From the NCBI RefSeq assembly GCF_009914755.1, contig NC_060933.1: a stretch of DNA of 64,000 nucleotides; one strand, 5' to 3'. Shown piece by piece: positions 56,101-64,000 of the stretch; within the stretch, counting starts at the first letter, position 1; every line of letters starts with the position of its first letter. The notes below the pieces were generated by a model that saw only the letters and a list, made by a program, of their open reading frames with translations, was not told where the DNA came from and searched no databases. This DNA comes from the human T2T-CHM13v2.0 reference genome, Homo sapiens. Both the position numbers and the translations under genes were made by a program.

Positions 56101-59100
56101 TAATGGAATGGAAAGGAATGGAATGGAATGGAATGGAATGGAATGGAATGGAATGGAATCAACTCGGTTCCAATCGAATGGAATGGAATGGAAATAACCC
56201 AAATAGAATGGAATGGAATGGAATGGAACGGAACGGAACGGAACGGAACGGAATGGAATGGAATGGAATGGAATGGAATGGAATGGAATGGAACGGAAAG
56301 GAATGGAATGGAAAGGAATGGAATGTAATGGAATGGAATGGAATGCAATGGAATGGAATGGAATGGAATGGAATGAAATGCAATGGATTCAACTCGATTG
56401 AAATGGAATGGAATAGAATGGAATGGAATGGAATGGAATGGAATGGAATTAACCCGAATAGAATGGAATGGAATGGAATGGAATGGAACGGAATGGAACG
56501 GAATGGAATGGAATGGAATGGAATGGAATGGAATGGTATGGAATGGAATGGAATGGTACGGAATAGAATGGAATGGAAGGAATTGTAATGGAATGGAATG
56601 GAATGGAATGGAATGGAATGGAACGGAACGGAATGGAATGGAATGGAATGGATTGGAACTGAAAAGAATAAAAGCGAGTGCAGGGGAATGGAATGGAATG
56701 GAATGCAATGGAATGGAATCTTCCGGAATGGAATGGAATGGAATGGAATGGAATGGAATGGAATGCAATGGATTCAACTCGATTGCAATGGAATGGAATA
56801 GAATGGAATGGAATGGAATGGAATGGAATGGAATGGAATGGAATTAACCCGAATAGAATGGAATGGAATGGAATGGAAAGGAACGGAACGGAACGGAACG
56901 GAACGGAATGGAATGGTACGGAATAGAATGGAATGGAAAGAATTGGAATGGAATGGAAACGAATGGAATGGAATGGAATGGAATGGAATCAACACGAGTG
57001 TAGGGGAATGTAATGGAACGGAATGCAATGGAATGGAATCATCCGGAATGGAATGGAATGGATTGGAATGGATGGAATGGAATGGAATGGAATGGAATGG
57101 AATCAACCCGAGTGCAATGGAATGGAGTGGAATGGAATGGAATGGAATGGAACAACCCGAATGGAATGGAATGTAATGGAGAGTAAGGGAGTTGAATAGA
57201 AACAATCCGAATGTAATGGAATGGAACGGAATGGAATGGAATGGAATGGAATGGAATGCAATGGAATGGAATGCAAAGGAATGGAATCAACCCGAGTTCA
57301 ATCGAATGGAATCGAATGGAATGGAATGCAATGGAATGGATTCAACTTGAATGGAATGGAAAGAATGGAATCAACACGAGTGGAATGGCATGGATTGGAA
57401 TGGAATGGAATGGAATCAACCCAAGTACAGGGGAATGGAATGGAATGGAATGCAATGGAATGGAATAATCCGTAATGGAATGGAATGGAATGGAATGGAA
57501 TGGAATGGAATGGAATCAACTCGATTGCAATCGAATGGAATGGAATGGAATTAACCCGAATAGAATGGAATGGAATGGAATGGAACGGAACGGAATGGAA
57601 TGGAATGGAATGGAATGGAACGGAACGGAAAGTAATGGAATGGAATGGAATGGAATGGAATGGAATGGAATGGAATCAACACGAGTGCACGGGAATGGAA
57701 TGGAGTGGAATGGAATGGAATGGAATGGAATGGAATGGAATGGAATCAACCCGTGTCCAGGGGAATGTAATGGAACGGAATGCAAGGGAATGGAATCATC
57801 CGGAATGGAATGGAATGGAATGGAATGGAATGAACCCGAGTGCAATGGAATGGAGTGGAATGGAATGGAATGGAATGGAACAACCCACATGGAATGGAAA
57901 GTAATGGAGAGTAAGGGAGTTGAAAAGAATCAATCCGAAGGGAATGGAATGGAATGGAACGGAATGGAATGGAATGGAATGGAATGGAATGGAATGGAAT
58001 GGAATCAACCCGAGTACAATGGAATGGAAGGGAATGGAATGGAATGGAATGGAATGGAATGGAATCAACCCGAGTGTAATGGAATGGAGAAGAATGGAAT
58101 GGAATGGAATGGAAACTACCCGAATGGAATGGAATGGAATGGAGTGTAAGGGAATTGAATAAAATCAATCCGAATGTAATGGAATGCAATGGAAAGGAGT
58201 GGAATGGAATGGAATGGAATGGAATGGAATGCAATGGAATGGAATCAACCCGAGTGCAATGGAATGGAATCGAATGGAATGGAATGCAATGGAATGGATT
58301 CAATTTGAATGGAATGGAAAGAATGGAATCAACACGAGTGGAATGGAATGCATTGGAATGGAATGGAATGGAAGCAACCCGAGTACAGGGGAATGGAATG
58401 GAATGGAATGCAATGGAATGGAATCATCCGTAATGGAATGGAAAGGAATGGAATGGAATGGAATGGAATCAACTCGATTGCAATCGAATGGAATGGAATG
58501 GAATTAACCCAAATAGAATGGAATGGAATGGAATGGAACGGAACGGAACGGAATGGAATGGAATGGAATGGAATGGAATGGAATGGAATGGAACGGAAAG
58601 TAATGGAATGGAATGGAATGGAATGGAATGGAATGGAATGGAATCAACGCGAGTGCAGGGGAATGGAATGGAATCGAATGGAATGGAATGGAATGGAATG
58701 GAATGGAATCAACCCGAGTGCAGGGGAATGTAATGGAACGGAATGCAATGGAATGGAATCATCCGGAATGGAATGGAATGGAATGGAATGGAATCAACCC
58801 GAGTGCAATGGAATGGAGTGGAATGGAATGGAATGAAATGGAACAACCCGAATGGACTGGAATGTAATGGAAAGTAAGGGAGTTGAAAAGAATCAATCCG
58901 AAAGTTATGGAATGCAATGGAACGGAATGGAATGGAATGGAATGGAATGGAATGGAATGGAATGGAATGGAATCAACCCGAGTGCAATGGAATGGAGAGG
59001 AATGGAATGGAATGGAATGGAAACTACCCTAATGGAATGGAATGTGATGGAGTGTAAGGGAATTGAATAGAATCAATCCGAATGTAATGGAATGGAATGG

Positions 59101-60525
59101 AACGGAATGGAATGGAATGGAATGGAATGGAATGGAATGGAATGGAATGCAATGGAATGGAATAAACCCGAGTCAATGGAATGGAATCGAATGGAATGGA
59201 ATGCAATGGAATGGATTCAACTTGAATGGAATGGAAAGAATGGAATCAACACGAGTGGAAGGGCATGGAATGGAATGGAATGGAATGGAAGCAACCCGAG
59301 TACAGGGGAATGGAAAGGAATGGAATGCAATGGAATGGAATCATTCGTAATGTAATGGAACAGAATGGAATGGAATGGAATGGAATGGAATGGAATGGAA
59401 TGGAATGGAATGGAATGGAATGGAATCAACTCGATTGCATTCGAATGGAATGGAATGGAATTAACCCGAATAGAATGGAATGGAATGGAATGGAACGGAA
59501 TGGAACGAAACGGAATGGAATGGAATGGAATGGAACGGAACAGAATGGAATGGAATGGAATGGAATGGAACTGAAAAGAATAAATGCGAGTGCAGGGGAA
59601 TGGAATGGAATGGAATGAAATGGAATGGAATCTTCCGGAATGGAATGGAATGGAATGGAATGGAATGCAATGGATTCAACTCGATTGCAATGGAATGGAA
59701 TAGAATGGAATGGAATGGAATGGAATGGAATTAACCAGAATAGAATGGAATGGAATGGAATGGAACGGAACGGAACGGAACGGAACGGAATGGAACGGAA
59801 TGGAATGGAATGGAATGGAATGGAATCAACTCGATTGCATTCTAATGGAATGGAATGGAATTAACCAGAATAGAATGGAATGGAATGGAATGGAACGGAA
59901 CGGAACGGAACGGAACGGAATGGAACGGAATGGAACGGAACGGAATGGAATGGAATGGAATGGAATGGAATGGAATGGAATTGTATGGAATGGAATGGAA
60001 TGCTACGGAATAGAATGGAATGGAAAGAATTGGAATGGAATGGAAACGAATGGAATGGAATGGAATGGAATGGAATGGAATCAACCCGAGTGTAGGGGAA
60101 TGTAATGGAACGGAATGCAATGGAATGGAATCATCCGGAATGGAATGGAATGGATTGGAATGGATGGAATGGAATGGAATGGAATGGAATCAACCCGAGT
60201 ACAGGGGAATGGAATGGAATGGAATGCAATGGAATGGAGTCATCCGTAATGGAATGGAAAGGAATGGAATGGAATGCAATGGAATGGAATGGAATGGAAT
60301 GGAATGGAATGAACTCGATTGCAATCGAATGGAATGGAATGGAATTAACCTGAATAGAATGGAATGGAATGGAATGGAATGGAACGGAACGGAACGGAAA
60401 GGAATGGAATGGAACGGAAAGGAACGGAATGGAATGGAATGGAATGGAATGGAATGGAATGGAATGGAATGGAATGGAATCAACGCGAGTGCAGGGGAAT
60501 GGAATGTAATGGAATGCAATGGAAT

Positions 60526-60540
60526 GGAATCTTCTGGAAT
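60526..60540. promoter_or_regulatory. HSE variant gGAAtcTTCtgGAAt (central CpG changed to TpG)
   Basis: Motif match only; the change again falls at an n position. Confidence 0.4.
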
Positions 60541-63500
60541 GGAATGGAATGGAATGGAATCAACCCGAGTGCAATGGAATGGAGTGGAATGGAATGGAAT
60601 GGAATGGAATGGAACAAACCGAATGGAATGGAATGGAATGGAGAGTAAGGGAGTTGAATAGAAACAATCTGAATGTAATGGAATGGAACGGAATGGAATG
60701 GAATGGAATGGAATGGAATGGAATGGAATGGAATGCAATGGAATGGAATCATCCCGAGTGCAATCGAATGGAATCGAATGGAATGGAATGCAATGGAATG
60801 GATTCAACTTGAATGGAATGGAAAGAATGGAATCAACACGAGTGGAATGGCATGGATTGGAATGGAATGGAATGGAATCAACCCGAGTACAGGGGAATGG
60901 AATGGAATGGAATGCAATGGAATGGAATAATCCGTAATGGAATGGAAAGGAATGGAATGGAATGGAATGGAATGGAATGGAATGGAATCAACTCGATTGC
61001 AATCCAATGGAATGGAATGGAATTAACCCGAATAGAATGGATGGAATGGAATGGAACGGAACGGAACGGAATGGAATGGAATGGAATGGAATGGAATGGA
61101 ATGCAATGGAATGGAATCAACCCGAGGACAATGGAACGGAATGGAATACAATGGAATGTAATGGAATGGAATGGAATGGAATGGAATGGAATGATGCGGA
61201 ATAGAATGGAATGGAACGAAATGGAATGGAATGGAATGGAATGGAATGGAATGGAATGGAATCGTTCCGAGTGGAATAGGAGGGAATGTATTCGAGTGGA
61301 ATGGAAAGGAATGGTATCAACCAGAGTGGAATGGAAGGGAAGGGAATGGAATGGAAACTAATAGAATGGAATCAACCCGAGTGGAATGGAATGGAAAGGA
61401 CTGGAATGGAATGGAATGGAATGGTATCAACCCGATTGTAATGGAATGGAATGGAATGCAATGGAATGGAATGGAATGGAATTAACCCGAATACAATGGA
61501 ATGGAATGGAATTGAACGGAATGGAGTACAATGGAATGGAATCAACCCGAGTGCAGGGGAATGGAATGGAATGGAATGCAATGGAATGGAATCATCCAGA
61601 ATGGAATGGAATGGAATGGAATGCAAAGCAATGGAATCAACTCGATTGCAATGGAATGGAATGGAATGGAAAGGAATACATTGGAATCAACCCGAGTGGA
61701 ATGGAATGGAAAGGACTGGAATGGAGTGGAATGGAATGGAATGGAATGGAATGGAATCAAATCGATTGGAATGGAATGGAATGGAATGGAAAGCAATGGA
61801 ATGGAATCAACCCGAGTACAATAGAACGGAATGGAATGGAATGGAATGGAATGGAATGGAATGGAATGGAATGGAATGGAATCAACCCGAGTGCAATGGA
61901 ATGGAGAGGAATGGAATGGAATGGAATGGAAACTACCCGAATGGAATGGAATGTAATGGAGTGTAAGGGAATTGAATAGAATCAATCCGAATGGAATGGA
62001 ATGGAATGGAATGGAATGGAATGGAATGGAATGGAATGGAATCAACACGAGTGCAGGGGAATGGAATGGAATGGAATGCAATGGAATGGAATCATCCGGA
62101 ATGGAATGGAATGGAATGCAATGGAATGGAATGGAATGGAATCAACCCGAGTGCAATGGAATGGAGTGAAATGGAATGGAATGGAATGGAAACAACCAGA
62201 ATGGATGGAATATAATGGAGTGTAAGGGAATTGAATAGCATCAATCTGAATGTAATGAAATGGAATGGAACGGAATGGAATGGAATGGAATGGAATGGAA
62301 TGGAATGGAATGGAATGCAATGGAATGGAATCAACCCGAGTGCAATCGAATGGAATCGAATGCAATGGAATGCAATGGAAAGGATTCAACTTGAATGGAA
62401 TGGAAAGAATGGAATCACCATGAGTGGAATAGCATGGATTGGAATGGAATGGAATGGAATCAACCAGAGTACAGGGGAATGGAATGGAATGGAATGCCAT
62501 GGAATGGTATCATCAGTAATGGAATGGAAAGGAATGGAAAGGAATGGAATGGAATGGAATGGAATGGAATGGAAAGGAATCAACTCGATTGCAATCGAAT
62601 GGAATGGAATGGAATTAACCCGAATAGAATGGAGTAGAATGGAATGGAACGGAACGGAATGGAAGGGAATGGAATGGAATGGAACGGAAAGGAATGGAAT
62701 GGAATGGAATGGAATGGAATGGAAGGGAATGCAATGGAATGGAACAACCCGAATGGAAAGGAATGTAATGGAGAGTAAGGAAGTTGAATAGAATCAATCC
62801 GAATGTAATGGAATGGAATGCAACGGAATGGAATGGAATGGAATGGAATGGAATGGAATGGAATGGAATGCAAAGGAATTGAATCAACCCGAGTACAATG
62901 GAATGGAATGGAATGGAATGGAATGGAATGGAATGGAACGGAATGGAATGATACGGAATAGAATGGAATGGAACGAAATGGAATGGAATGGAATGGAATG
63001 GAGTGGAATGGAATCGTTCCGAGTGGAATAGGAGGGAAAGTATTCGAGTGGAATGGAAAGGAATGGAATCAACCAGAGTGGAATGGAAGGGAATGGAATG
63101 GAATGGAATGGAATGGAATGGAATCAACCCGAGTGCAATCGAATGGAATCAAATAGAATGGAATGCAATGGAATGGATTCAACTTGAATGGAAAGGAAAG
63201 AATGGAATCAACACGAGTGGAATGGCATGGATTGGAATCGAATGGAATGGAATCAACCCGAGTACAGGGGAATGGAATGGAATGGAATGCAATGGAATGG
63301 AATCATCAGTAATGGAATGGAAAGGAATGGAAAGGACTGGAATGGAATGGAATGGAATGGAATGGAATGGAATGGAATGGAATCAACTCGATTGCAATCG
63401 AATGGAATGGAATGGAATTAACCCGAATAGAATGGAATGGAATGGAATGGAACGTAACGGAATGGAATGGAATGGAATGGAATGGAACGGAAAGGAATGG

Positions 63501-64000
63501 AATGGAATGGAATGGAACGGAATGGAATGGAGTGGAATCAACGCGAGTGCAGGGGAATGGAATGGAATCGAATGGAATGGAAAGGAATGGAATGGAATCA
63601 ACCCGAGTGCAGGGGAACGTAATGGAACGGAATGCAATGGAATGGAATCATCCGGAATGGAATGGAATGGAATGGAATGGAATGCAATGGAATGGAATCT
63701 TCCGGAATTGAATGAAATGGAATGGAATGGAATAGAATGGAATGCAATGGATTCAACTCGATTGCAATGGAATGGAATAGAATGGAATGGAATGGAATGG
63801 AATGGAATGGAATTAAACCGAATAGAATGGAATGGAATGGAATGGAACGGAACAGAACGGAACGGAACGGAACGGAGTGGAACGGAATGGAATGAAATTG
63901 TATGGAATGGAATGGAATGGTACGGAATAGAATGGAATGGAAAGAATTGGAATGGAATGGAATCGAATGGAATGGAATGGAATGGAATGGAATCAACCCG

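Larger units (their letters stand above)
12488..64000 (-). repeat. Human Satellite III (HSat3) array in opposite orientation, G-rich (GGAAT)n on +
   Basis: Continuous (ggaat)n with caacccgagt / caacccgaat / caactcgatt decamers to the window end; no non-satellite interruption seen. Confidence 0.97.

Noticed and set aside
1-64000. Hundreds of 60-377 aa ORFs (MEWNG-rich and HSIPF-rich)
   Set aside because: They overlap in all six frames and follow trivially from a stop-free 5-bp repeat (15 bp = 5 codons). No domain, splice or promoter evidence; not called as CDS.
20500-64000. CRISPR-like alternation of conserved words and variable intervals
   Set aside because: The intervals are pure GGAAT runs, not unique spacers; there is no leader and no cas gene; the sequence is primate satellite.

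Overview
The whole 64 kb window is one continuous block of human/great-ape Satellite III (HSat3): (CATTC)n/(GGAAT)n pentamers interspersed with the diagnostic decamer A(C/T)TCGGGTTG / CAACCCGA(G/A)T and its variants. I see no genes, RNA genes, transposable elements or unique sequence. The ORF track is an artefact of the stop-free pentamer (MEWNG / HSIPF peptides). I found no new gene-based system; the real signal is array architecture. (1) One clean strand inversion at about 12,488. (2) A sequence-subfamily boundary at about 20.1-20.6 kb that does not coincide with the inversion. (3) Nested higher-order duplications of about 0.85, 1.0, 2.4, 2.6, 3.67, 3.8-3.9, 4.2-4.4 and 5.2 kb, one apparently identical. 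(4) A recurrent pentamer variant, gGAAtcTTCcgGAAt, forming a perfect three-unit heat-shock element; I counted 21 copies, confined to particular subdomains. All coordinates and counts were read by eye or from ORF-track offsets and need computational confirmation. The chromosome of origin cannot be determined from the sequence alone.
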